A stretch of 64,000 nucleotides of DNA, taken from assembly GCA_038227875.1 (NCBI GenBank), contig JBBRPR010000031.1, positions 1-64,000 of the forward strand, written 5' to 3'. Shown here one piece after another: positions 55,211 through 64,000 of the stretch. This stretch comes from Planctomycetota bacterium (lineage in GTDB: Bacteria > Planctomycetota > SZUA-567 > H5-PLA8). How positions within the stretch are numbered: position 1 is the first letter of the stretch; each line of letters starts with the position of its first letter. The translations under genes and the position numbers were made by a program. The notes beneath the pieces were generated by a model. That model was not told the DNA's origin, did not search any database, and saw only the letters and a list, made by a program, of their open reading frames with translations.

Positions 55211-57799
55211 ATGGGAAAAACATTGACCTTGGCAGTGGTGGCGATGGTCTTGTGGTCCAGCGGCGTGGCGGCGGAAACTCCCGTCGCCGGTGAGATGGTG
55301 ACAGTTCCGACTGCGGAGCTGGTCAGCACGTTCACGTCAGAAGACAAGACGATGCCGAAGACGTTCCGTATTGGGAACGGGTTTCAGAAGATCGGCGATT
55401 ACATTTACGTCAGCCTCGGAGGGGACCGCATCGGCGGCGGCATTATCCAGTACTTCAAGTGGGATCCGAAAGCGTCGGGCAATCAGTTTACGTATGTGGG
55501 GGAAGTTTCGCATTCCACGATCAAGGGCGGCTTTTCGCTCTGCGCCGTCGGCAACCGTTTGTACGCGCTGGCCTTGTTCGTGTGGGGCGCGGGGTTGGAT
55601 GGTCACCCGGAAACATTCAACGCGATCACATGGTTTGACATTGAGAAGGAGACCGGCAAGCCGATCGAGAAGGGCACGCTGCCGGGCATCGTGCCGCGCA
55701 GCGCCACGTTTGAACCGATGCTGATTGCCGACCCGGAAGGGAAGAATCTCTATGTCACCACGGCTCAGGACAATTACACCAATCGCCTGACGTGGGTGAA
55801 ACTGGGGGACGACGGCAAGGCCGAACGCGGCGGCGATATCAACGGGCTGGGTTTCCGCTCCAACCCGAAGATGAGCCCCGATGGCAAGCACATCTACTGC
55901 GTCGGCGATCACAACATCGCGATCGTCGAGCGGAAACCGAGCGGCGAGATCGTGTACAAAAAGTCGCTGAGCCTGGATTGCCTGGCCAAAGCGAAGACGC
56001 CGAACGTGGGAAATGTCGAAGAGCTGAAAGGCAACATCGCCGGGATCTCGCCCGACGGCCGGTGGGTTTACGTGGTGCTGACCAGCGAACAGGTCTGGAC
56101 CAAGAACTGCTTCGGCATCTTCAAACGCGATCCGGCGACCGGCGAGTTGGAGTTCAGCTCGGGCGGTTCGGAGTACGACAAGGAATTCGACGCCTTCGCC
56201 AATCTGCGCGGGATGAACCTGATGTTTGCGCCCGACGGCGTGAGCGGGTTCATTTCGTCGGACATGCATTTGATCCAGAATTTCAAGCAGGATCCCAAGA
56301 CGGGCAAGCTGAGCAATGTGTCGGACGTGGTGACGCCCGCGTTGAAAGGCCGGCCGACGCCGCTGATGGTCTACGATGCCAAGGCCGGATACTTGATCGG
56401 CGCGGCGACGTTGCAATACGAAGCGTACGGTGGAACGTGGCTGGGCGTGTGGGCCGCGAAGACCGGCACAGCTCAGGTTCGGCGCGGGGAGCGCGCGGAC
56501 CTTACCGCGACGACGGCGGCGGCCGCGGATGCCAAGCCTGGCAGCACGGAAGACTGGCCGCGCTGGCTGGGCCCCAACGGCGACGGGAAGAGCACGCTGA
56601 AGGGAATTCGCAAGGACTGGACCGGGGGCTTGAGGAAAGTATGGGAGGTGTCAGGGTTGAGCCCGTATCTGACCACCTGGTCGCCCCCGTCGGTGCAGGG
56701 CGAGAAACTGGTGGTCCTCGGCAAGCATGGGTGCATGGACGAAGTGCTGTGCTTCAACGCCGACACAGGCGGAGCGCCGCTGTGGATCGCGGAACTTCCC
56801 GGCGACGGAGGGGGCGATGGTTGGGCGGGCGGGCCTGTGGCGCAGCCGTGCATCGACGGCGACCGGGTGTATGTCTGCCATGCGACTTCGCGCTACTCGT
56901 GCCTGAGCATGGCCGATGGCCGCTTACTGTGGAAAAAAGCGTTCGCTCAATACAGCCACACGCCGGGCAATCCCCCGGTGGTGTGGGAAGACCTGGTGAT
57001 CCTGACGCACGTGATCCGGCCGGAGACCAACAAGCGGAGCACCTTGTCTGCATTCAAAAAAGACACGGGCGAGTGGGTCTGGAGCTACGGCGAGGACAGT
57101 AAACGAATCGACTTGAGTTGGACGGGCGCCCTGAGTTTGAAAGTAAATGGCCAGGCTCAGCTCGTTTATAACACCGCCGGATTTGCCGTCGGCTTGGATC
57201 CCCGCACCGGAAAACCACTCTGGGAATTGGTTCCGGAATCGGTACCGAGCGGCGATTTCGGCATGTACACCGATCCCTTGACGGACGGCAAGACCGTGGT
57301 TCTGGTCAGCGCCAACGCCAAGAACGAGCACGTGCGGTCAGCGGTGCAGATCGAGAATGGCATCGCCAAGGAACTGTGGAAAAACGTGGTCGCCTTCACG
57401 GGTTGGACCAATCCGGTGCTGCACGACGGCTACCTGTATACGTTTGTCGCCGATGGATTGTACAGTTCCGTCAACAGTGGTTTTCAGTGCGTGGATGTGA
57501 AGACCGGAGTGGAAAAGTGGAGCGAGAAGAAAATTGGATGCGGATCGATCGTGGAAGTGGACGGCAACTTGCTCTGCCTGAAATACAGCGGCGACCTGCT
57601 ACTGCTGAATCCGACACCGGAGGGTTTCAAGAAGGTGACGGAATGGAAGGGTGCGGTGAAAATTCAGCCGTGGTGGACGCACCGCGGTTCGCCGGCGGCC
57701 TATGGCGGCGCGCCCTGCTGGACGATCCCGGTGATTGCGCGTGGGAAGGTGTACTTGCGCTACAACGATTCGCTGGCGTGTTATGACCTGATGAAGTGA
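55211..57799 (+). CDS. secreted double beta-propeller protein (lactonase-like plus PQQ-binding-like/BamB-like)
   Basis: AGGAG RBS; signal peptide; SPDGKHIY and SPDGRWVY repeats; DWPRWLGPNGDG, LDPRTGKPLW, DVKTGVEKW, PVIARGKVYLR. Confidence 0.82.
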   Translation: MGKTLTLAVVAMVLWSSGVAAETPVAGEMVTVPTAELVSTFTSEDKTMPKTFRIGNGFQKIGDYIYVSLGGDRIGGGIIQYFKWDPKASGNQFTYVGEVSHSTIKGGFSLCAVGNRLYALALFVWGAGLDGHPETFNAITWFDIEKETGKPIEKGTLPGIVPRSATFEPMLIADPEGKNLYVTTAQDNYTNRLTWVKLGDDGKAERGGDINGLGFRSNPKMSPDGKHIYCVGDHNIAIVERKPSGEIVYKKSLSLDCLAKAKTPNVGNVEELKGNIAGISPDGRWVYVVLTSEQVWTKNCFGIFKRDPATGELEFSSGGSEYDKEFDAFANLRGMNLMFAPDGVSGFISSDMHLIQNFKQDPKTGKLSNVSDVVTPALKGRPTPLMVYDAKAGYLIGAATLQYEAYGGTWLGVWAAKTGTAQVRRGERADLTATTAAAADAKPGSTEDWPRWLGPNGDGKSTLKGIRKDWTGGLRKVWEVSGLSPYLTTWSPPSVQGEKLVVLGKHGCMDEVLCFNADTGGAPLWIAELPGDGGGDGWAGGPVAQPCIDGDRVYVCHATSRYSCLSMADGRLLWKKAFAQYSHTPGNPPVVWEDLVILTHVIRPETNKRSTLSAFKKDTGEWVWSYGEDSKRIDLSWTGALSLKVNGQAQLVYNTAGFAVGLDPRTGKPLWELVPESVPSGDFGMYTDPLTDGKTVVLVSANAKNEHVRSAVQIENGIAKELWKNVVAFTGWTNPVLHDGYLYTFVADGLYSSVNSGFQCVDVKTGVEKWSEKKIGCGSIVEVDGNLLCLKYSGDLLLLNPTPEGFKKVTEWKGAVKIQPWWTHRGSPAAYGGAPCWTIPVIARGKVYLRYNDSLACYDLMK

Positions 57800-57805
57800 T
57801 GCGAC

Positions 57806-58675
57806 TTAGCGGACACGTCTCCGGTAATCGCGCGGAGATGCTCCGATGACATGCTTGAACGCGGTCGCGAAGTATTGACTCGATGAAAAACCCAGCCGCA
57901 GCGCAATGGCGGTGATTTCCGCGTCAGTGCGGCGCAGTTCTTCACACGCACGTTTAAGACGAAGGCGGAGGTAGTAGTCGGCCGGCGCGACGCCCATCTC
58001 GGTTCGGAACCGGCTCTTCAGGTGCGAGATACTCCAGCCGAGGCGTTGAGCCAGCGAATCCAGGCGTAACGGATGTTCGATATTCGCTTCCATCAGTTTG
58101 ATCGCTTCGCTCACCACATTCGAATGGCCGTGCGCTTTCGCCGCGCGTCCAGCCGCAACAAGGCCTAGCAGGATCTGGGTCAGGTTCATGCGCGCGTGAA
58201 TGGTGGCCAGGGCGTCCGAGCTTCCAATGGCGCTCAAGACCATGGCGAAAAGCCGGGCGGTTTGAGCCGGAGCGGGAGCGGGAAAGCATCGCTCGGGGAG
58301 ACCATTGATCGCTTTGAGCAGCGATCGCGATTCGCCGGCCGGAAGATGCAACAGACGGACGCTTGAAACGCGCAACCCCACGTAGCTATACGAGCAGGGC
58401 TGGTGGATTTTATCGATTCCGCCGTGAAGTTCATGCGGCCGGATCATGAAAAACTGCCCGCCGGCAATCGCGTACGATTTCCGCCCGACCCACCATTCCG
58501 CGATGCCCTTCTCAATGTAGCAAACTTCGAGAGACGCGTGGCGATGAGCGATCATGGGGGTTGCATTGCGAGCCTTGTACCGCCCGGCATAGAGCAGTTC
58601 CGGAATGGCAGCAATGGGCCTGGCCGACGGGGCCATCCAGTATTCTGCCTTGCGGTGGCGTGAAAACGTCTTCAT
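57806..58675 (-). CDS. AraC family transcriptional regulator with cupin sensor domain
   Basis: HRHASLEVCY...PHELH cupin; LAQRLGWSISHLKSRF and IALRLGFSSSQYFATAFK double HTH. Confidence 0.92.
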   Translation of the reverse strand: MKTFSRHRKAEYWMAPSARPIAAIPELLYAGRYKARNATPMIAHRHASLEVCYIEKGIAEWWVGRKSYAIAGGQFFMIRPHELHGGIDKIHQPCSYSYVGLRVSSVRLLHLPAGESRSLLKAINGLPERCFPAPAPAQTARLFAMVLSAIGSSDALATIHARMNLTQILLGLVAAGRAAKAHGHSNVVSEAIKLMEANIEHPLRLDSLAQRLGWSISHLKSRFRTEMGVAPADYYLRLRLKRACEELRRTDAEITAIALRLGFSSSQYFATAFKHVIGASPRDYRRRVR

Positions 58676-58761
58676 GTTCGATTTTGTACAGTGGATTGCG
58701 TCGAAAGCAATGGCGTGATGACGTGGTATTATTCCATCCTCTCGCTGAAAGGAGCACAGGG

Positions 58762-59550
58762 ATGTCCATTGCCGATCAGATGTACCAACTGGGTGTTCGA
58801 GAAAACACACTCACCGACGAGGAGAAGTACTGCCTCGACTACGAAGGATACGTTGCGCTTGCAGAGGTCGTGCCGCTCTCCCAGATCCGAGTCATGCGCC
58901 GGGAAATGGAACGGCTGTTTGAACTCGAAAAAACCGGGACCGCGGAAAATCCAGGTGACTTGGGACAACTCCAGAACAAGTCGACAGCATTCGATCTCTG
59001 CGTGTCGCATCCGCGCGTGCTGGCCGCAATCTGGCATGTGTTGAAAGAAGACTTCCGTTCCTTTGGCGTGCATTCCCGCCCCAATCGCCCGGGGGCTGGA
59101 CATCAAGCCTTGCACGCGGATTGGAGCGGGCCGGTGCCGAAAATCGGCGAGTACTTTCACTGCAACTCGATCTGGCCGCTGGCGGACTTCACAGAACTGA
59201 ACGGCGCCACCCGAGTGGTGCCGGGTTCGCATCGCTGGCCGCTGGAGGTGCGCGCTGAGTTGTCCGATCCCCTGGCGCGTCATCCGCGTGAACGAAAACT
59301 GATCGCGCTGGCTGGGACAGTCGTGATTTTCAACGGTCACGTCTGGCATGGCGCCACTCAGAACAACAGCGCGCAAGACCGCCCCAACGTGACCAGCTTC
59401 TTTGGCCGACGGCGCTATGCCGAAGGCCCCGGCAAGCCGAATCTTCTGAGCGCTGAAGCGCATGCGCGATTCAGCGAACCTGTTCGCGCGTTGTTTGACG
59501 GCGTGGACGCAGCCACATGCAGCGACCGGTTGGAGACCGCGACGGCGTGA
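58762..59550 (+). CDS. phytanoyl-CoA dioxygenase (PhyH) family Fe/2OG oxygenase
   Basis: QALHAD, NGATRVVPGSH, WHGA...N...R; AGGAG RBS; divergent from the AraC gene. Confidence 0.9.
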   Translation: MSIADQMYQLGVRENTLTDEEKYCLDYEGYVALAEVVPLSQIRVMRREMERLFELEKTGTAENPGDLGQLQNKSTAFDLCVSHPRVLAAIWHVLKEDFRSFGVHSRPNRPGAGHQALHADWSGPVPKIGEYFHCNSIWPLADFTELNGATRVVPGSHRWPLEVRAELSDPLARHPRERKLIALAGTVVIFNGHVWHGATQNNSAQDRPNVTSFFGRRRYAEGPGKPNLLSAEAHARFSEPVRALFDGVDAATCSDRLETATA

Positions 59551-59561
59551 GATGAAAACGA

Positions 59562-59588
59562 GATCGCCCGGAACGGCTCCGGGCGATC
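59562..59588. terminator. hairpin between convergent genes
   Basis: GATCGCCCGGA-ACGGC-TCCGGGCGATC. Confidence 0.6.
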
Positions 59589-59613
59589 CTTACTCGGTTC
59601 ACTTTTGCTGCGC

Positions 59614-62600
59614 TTATTTCTTGATGATCACTTTCAAACTCTTCGCCATGCCCGTCTTTCCTTTCTTTGCGGTGTAGACCAGGTCCTGGGCTTTGCGGTA
59701 GAGGGACTTGTTGAGGATCAGGTTGAACGTCACGTTCACGGGGAGTTTCCTGGCGTCGGCGTTCTTCAGGCCGGAGCCGTCGAGCGTCAGGGCCAACGCG
59801 ACCTTTTTGAACATGATCGAGAACTTGGCGTCCTGTTCGAGCACGACTTTCTTCTTGGTCTTGATCATGAGCTTGAAGGAACTGTCGCGCGTCTTGCCTT
59901 TGCCCTTGGCGTCCAGCGTCCAGCTCCGCACAACGCTGCCGACCACCAGCGCGACTTGATTCTTCAGAGGACTGTAGCCCTTCGGAATGTGGAGCGTGCC
60001 GCTGGCGGAAAGTCCATCGGCGCTGACGCTGGCGAAGTTGAGCTTGATGCCGGCTTTGAGCACGGTCAGCGGGAGGACCGGCCCGGAGTACGGGGTGCTC
60101 AGCGGATCGGTGGGCGAGGTGCCCAGCGTCGTTTCGATGCCATCGGAGACGCCGTCGCCGTCGCTGTCCGGTCCGGTGCCGACCAGCGGCGCGGAGACAG
60201 TGACCGTCACCGTGCTGGTAGCACTATTCCCAAACGTATCAGAGACGGTGACGGTGGCCGTGTAGGCGCCTTCGGTCTGATACGCATGCGTGGGGCTGGC
60301 CTGCGCGGAGGTGGGTGAGCCGTCGCCAAAATCCCAGGAGTACGTCAGCGTGCCCGAGCCGGTCACGCCGACAGCGAACTGTACGGTCTGACCGAGGCCA
60401 GGATTCGGCGGCGTCGCCGACGCAGGGGACGTGACCACCACGACGGGGGGCGGAATGAACGTGACGGTAACGGTCGTGACCTTGTCGGTGACGGTGGGAG
60501 CGATGCCGTCACTGAGCGTGACGGTCATGGTTGTCGTTTCGGATTGACCGGGCGGAAGATGGCGCGGCGCGGCAGCGAAGACGAGCTGCCGGATGGCGTT
60601 GGTCGCGATCGTGGTTGCGCCGTTGAAGGTATAGCGGCCGGCACCGGCGTCGGTGAATCCCGACGCGGTCAGCGACGCGGGAGTGAACGCGCCCTTGGCC
60701 GGATCGTCGAGCGTGACGGAAACGGCGAGTGTCTGCGCGGGGACGTCCAGGTCGCGCAGGATCGCGATGGCAAAGGGCGGAATCGTCTGCGTGTCGTTGA
60801 TCTGCAGACCGCCATTCATGCCGAGAATCGCCGGACCGTCGTTGAGGGAGGTGCTCACGACGGTCGTGATGCTGTTGAGCACCGCCGGGGCGACGCCATC
60901 GTTGGCCGCAACGGAGAGCGTCGTGATTTCGGTGCTGCCCGGCGCCACGCGATTGGGCGTGGGCGCGAAGACGAGCAATCGGATTGCGGTAGTCGCGGCC
61001 GCTGGAGTTCCGGAGAACGTGTAGACGCCGTTGCCGGAGTCCGCGAAGCCGGAAGCGGTAAGCGACTGGGCCGTGAACTTGCCTTTCGCCGCCAAATCCA
61101 GCGAGACGGAAACGGTGAGCGTCTGCGGGTCCACGTCGGCCACGGTCACGCCGGTGAACGTGGCGAGCGTTTGCGTATCGTTGAGCGCCTGATTGGCGAC
61201 GGCGCCGGAGATCGTCGGCGCGTTGTTGATGGAGAGCGAGTTCACCGACGTGGTGGAGTCGGTGACCGCCGGCGAGATGCCGTCGTTGACAGAGATTGTA
61301 AACGACGTGGCTTCCGTGGTGCCCGGCGAGACGCGGGTGGGAATGGGCGCAAAGACGAGCTGGCGGATCGCCGCGGTGAGCGCGGCGGCCGTGCCGTTGA
61401 AAGTGTACGAACCGCCTCCGGCGTTGGTGAATCCCGCGGCCGTCACGGATCCGGGAGTGAAATCGCCGTGCGACGTCGCGCTGACGGTGACCGAGGTCGT
61501 CAGGGACTGCGCACTGTCGAAGTAGAAAATCGTAACTGGCGTGAACGGCGCGAGCGTGGCCGTGTCGTTGAGCGCCTGATTGGGAAGCGTACCGGAGATC
61601 TGCGGCGCTTGATCGGGCAGGACGGTGGTCGAATCGCTGGCGGTGTCGTTGGTCGTGTTGGTTTCACCACCGCCGGAAATCGTGACTGTGGGAATGAGCG
61701 TGGCTGCGGCGTTGCTGGCGATGTTGGCCGTCAACATCAGGTTGGTATCGGTGCCGGCCGCGGCGATGGTGCCTGAGAACGTAGCCGTGGGCGGAGCGAG
61801 CGAGGTTTGAACCCACCCGGTTCCGGTGAACGCCGTCGGCGTGAGGCCAGCGGGGATACTCATCGTCGCGGTGATGGTTCCGGAGCTGGCCAGCGCGCCG
61901 GTGTTGGCGACAGAGACGCTGTAATGAACGCCGCTCTGTCCCTGCTTGAAGGTGCCGGTGTGCGAGAGCGCGGGCACCAGATCGATTCCCGGCGTGCTGC
62001 CGACGGTCAGCACAAAATTGGCAGTGCCGACCAGGCTGGTGCTGTCGGTGGCGGTGATGGTGAAGGGAAAACTTCCGACAGCCGTAGGTGTGCCGGCCAG
62101 CGTTGTGCCGTCGCAGGTCATGCCGCTGGGCAGCGAGCCGGAAAACACCAGCGCATACGCGGGCGTGCCGCCGGTCGCGGAGAACGTAACAGTCGGGTAG
62201 AGCGTTCCGGATTGGCCGGCTGGAATGGTTGCGGGGCTGACGACGACTTGCGCTTCAATTGCGCCGATGTCGGCGGCGGCTCCGCGCGGGCGGACCAGGC
62301 CGCGCTGATCGTTCAGCGGCGCGACGAGCGCCGGTCCCATCGTGCCGGTGAAGGACGTATTCGATCCTTTATTGTAGGCCAGGCTGCTGGGCGTGATCAG
62401 ATGCGTTGGCGTCGGGCCGCCGTAATTTCCCAGCGGGCTCAGGCCTGGATCGAGAATCGCGCCGGGCGTGCCGACCTGATCGCCACTGACACCGTTAACA
62501 AAGTACGTCGGTCCGACGGTTCCGCCGAGGGTATAAACGCCGATGTTGCCGATGAGATTGTAGCCATCTGAGTAGATTTTCCCCGTTCCGCCAAAGATTG

Positions 62601-64000
62601 GATCGGGAATACAAATGTCCGCGGTCTTGGACGTGGCCGATCCGCCGTTGGTATTGCCGGCGATGATGGAATTGAAAACATAGGTGTTATTTTGCAAGGC
62701 TATCAAGCCGCCGGTTGACGTACTGTCATTCAAATTTGAATTATTCGTGATCGTGCAGTTAACGATGGTGGTCGTGCCGCTGAAGGTACACACACCGCCG
62801 GCGGAATCGCTGGCGGAGTCGTTCGAATTGCCACTAATGGTGCAATTCTCCAACAGCATCGTGCCGCCTTGATAATTGATGCCGCCACCAGCATTGCTAA
62901 ACCCCGTATTCACGGCCTGATTATTGGAGACGGTGCAGCGTCGGATCGTCAAGAAATTGGAGACGACGGAGACGCCACCGCCGAATTTCCCGACATTGCC
63001 GGTGATGTTGCAATCCAGGATGGTCACGCTGTTGACGGTCGCAGCAGCTCGTGTCGTGACGCCACCGGCAAAGTTGAGGGAATAGTTGTCATGGCCACCG
63101 GTCAGGGTCATTCCGATCAATGTAATGTCGCCGTTCAATAGTTCGAAGACGGGATAGTTGGTGTTGTTGCCCGCCACCGTCAAGAGATTGGCGCCTGGGC
63201 CGTTGATCGTCAGCGATTTGTTGGGCTGCAGCGAACTGGCCAGATTGATCGTCCGGGATGTGTTGAAGAACGTGGGATCGAAGGTGATGACACCGTTGGC
63301 CGTGACATCGCTCAACGCCTTGCGCAGGGAGCCGGCTCCCGAATCGTTGGCGTTGGTGACGATGATGGTCGAGGAGAATCCGGCGTTGACCGTGACGCTC
63401 GTGAGCAGCGGCGGCGTGAAGGTCAGGCCACCATTGTTCCCGGCAACGTCCTGAATCGTGGCGCCGTTCAGCACCAGCGGCGATGCGCAGTCGATGCCAT
63501 CGGTGTCCACTTCTCCGATGACGACGGTGTGCCGGAAGGTGAGCAGCGCGGTGCCGTTGCCGGATATATAGGTCGCGGTGACCGGCGACGCGCCGATGGT
63601 CAGCGACATCGTCGGCGTTCCGTTGGCGACATACACAACGTGGTCGTATTGGACGATGAAATCGAGATTCTGATTCAGCAGGTATTCGCCGTCCGCGGGA
63701 CCCGTAACGCTTAAGATTGCAGGCGAGACGGTATTGACCAGGACGCTCGTGGTGACTGGAGGCGTAAACGTCAGCGCGGAATTGTTGCCGGCCAGGTCAC
63801 GGATCAAGGCTCCGTTCAACTGAATGGGCGAGGTACTGACGATGCCATCGCTGTCGCTCTCACCCGCCTGAACGGTGTAGCGGAACAGGAGCGCCGCCGA
63901 ACCACCGCCGGAGATGTAATTGGCCGAACGCGCTGTCGCGCCGATGGTCAACGCGATCGTCGGCGTTCCTCCGGTGACGAAAACAGGTTCGTTGAAGTTG
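59614..64000 (-). CDS. giant repetitive surface/adhesin-like protein (Ig-like repeats, beta-helix with choice-of-anchor-Q-like region, DUF11-like, PKD); 5' part outside the window
   Basis: The frame is open to the window edge. GTPT.SLTIG...YISG repeats; VTNANDSGAGSLR; YGGPTPTH...DQRG..R...DIGAIE; three repeats of about 128 aa; YSWDFGDG (PKD); DSDGDGVSDG. Confidence 0.88.
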   Translation of the reverse strand, partial: NFNEPVFVTGGTPTIALTIGATARSANYISGGGSAALLFRYTVQAGESDSDGIVSTSPIQLNGALIRDLAGNNSALTFTPPVTTSVLVNTVSPAILSVTGPADGEYLLNQNLDFIVQYDHVVYVANGTPTMSLTIGASPVTATYISGNGTALLTFRHTVVIGEVDTDGIDCASPLVLNGATIQDVAGNNGGLTFTPPLLTSVTVNAGFSSTIIVTNANDSGAGSLRKALSDVTANGVITFDPTFFNTSRTINLASSLQPNKSLTINGPGANLLTVAGNNTNYPVFELLNGDITLIGMTLTGGHDNYSLNFAGGVTTRAAATVNSVTILDCNITGNVGKFGGGVSVVSNFLTIRRCTVSNNQAVNTGFSNAGGGINYQGGTMLLENCTISGNSNDSASDSAGGVCTFSGTTTIVNCTITNNSNLNDSTSTGGLIALQNNTYVFNSIIAGNTNGGSATSKTADICIPDPIFGGTGKIYSDGYNLIGNIGVYTLGGTVGPTYFVNGVSGDQVGTPGAILDPGLSPLGNYGGPTPTHLITPSSLAYNKGSNTSFTGTMGPALVAPLNDQRGLVRPRGAAADIGAIEAQVVVSPATIPAGQSGTLYPTVTFSATGGTPAYALVFSGSLPSGMTCDGTTLAGTPTAVGSFPFTITATDSTSLVGTANFVLTVGSTPGIDLVPALSHTGTFKQGQSGVHYSVSVANTGALASSGTITATMSIPAGLTPTAFTGTGWVQTSLAPPTATFSGTIAAAGTDTNLMLTANIASNAAATLIPTVTISGGGETNTTNDTASDSTTVLPDQAPQISGTLPNQALNDTATLAPFTPVTIFYFDSAQSLTTSVTVSATSHGDFTPGSVTAAGFTNAGGGSYTFNGTAAALTAAIRQLVFAPIPTRVSPGTTEATSFTISVNDGISPAVTDSTTSVNSLSINNAPTISGAVANQALNDTQTLATFTGVTVADVDPQTLTVSVSLDLAAKGKFTAQSLTASGFADSGNGVYTFSGTPAAATTAIRLLVFAPTPNRVAPGSTEITTLSVAANDGVAPAVLNSITTVVSTSLNDGPAILGMNGGLQINDTQTIPPFAIAILRDLDVPAQTLAVSVTLDDPAKGAFTPASLTASGFTDAGAGRYTFNGATTIATNAIRQLVFAAAPRHLPPGQSETTTMTVTLSDGIAPTVTDKVTTVTVTFIPPPVVVVTSPASATPPNPGLGQTVQFAVGVTGSGTLTYSWDFGDGSPTSAQASPTHAYQTEGAYTATVTVSDTFGNSATSTVTVTVSAPLVGTGPDSDGDGVSDGIETTLGTSPTDPLSTPYSGPVLPLTVLKAGIKLNFASVSADGLSASGTLHIPKGYSPLKNQVALVVGSVVRSWTLDAKGKGKTRDSSFKLMIKTKKKVVLEQDAKFSIMFKKVALALTLDGSGLKNADARKLPVNVTFNLILNKSLYRKAQDLVYTAKKGKTGMAKSLKVIIKK

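Overview
GC-rich bacterial chromosomal segment. A DUF1549/DUF1553 protein, many secreted beta-propeller proteins and a membrane Ser/Thr kinase point to Planctomycetota or another PVC lineage (inference). The left end (1-5140) is the edge of a lower-GC integrative element. It carries a Hachiman HamB-like Ski2 helicase, possibly cut at its 5' end by an IS, and a tyrosine integrase next to only the 5' half of a CAU-anticodon (Ile2-like) tRNA gene, with a cluster of arm-type repeats. Next come a signalling block (periplasmic binding protein plus REC-Hpt-REC hybrid kinase, ABC1 kinase, soluble PAS-MCP, CheY-CheB fusion, frameshifted CheR, PAS hybrid kinase, single REC) and an hpf-ptsN-yvcK-ptsH cluster. 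The middle holds an orphan Imm26 gene, serC, xerD, two tandem paralogous secreted propeller genes (the first frameshifted), sugar and redox enzymes, an adenylate cyclase/Ser-Thr kinase cluster, and a solitary ParB-like gene whose ORF contains a dense array of inverted CAGGCA half-sites. The right part has clpB with a probable sigma54 promoter, tRNA-Gln, a sialate O-acetylesterase, an AraC/PhyH pair and the 3' part of a giant surface protein. Intergenic regions carry several small structured repeat families: a 54-nt covarying hairpin, a REPIN-like pair and heptamer-repeat hairpins. No CRISPR array, rRNA or reverse transcriptase was seen. All family calls come from reading motifs by eye; no searches were run.
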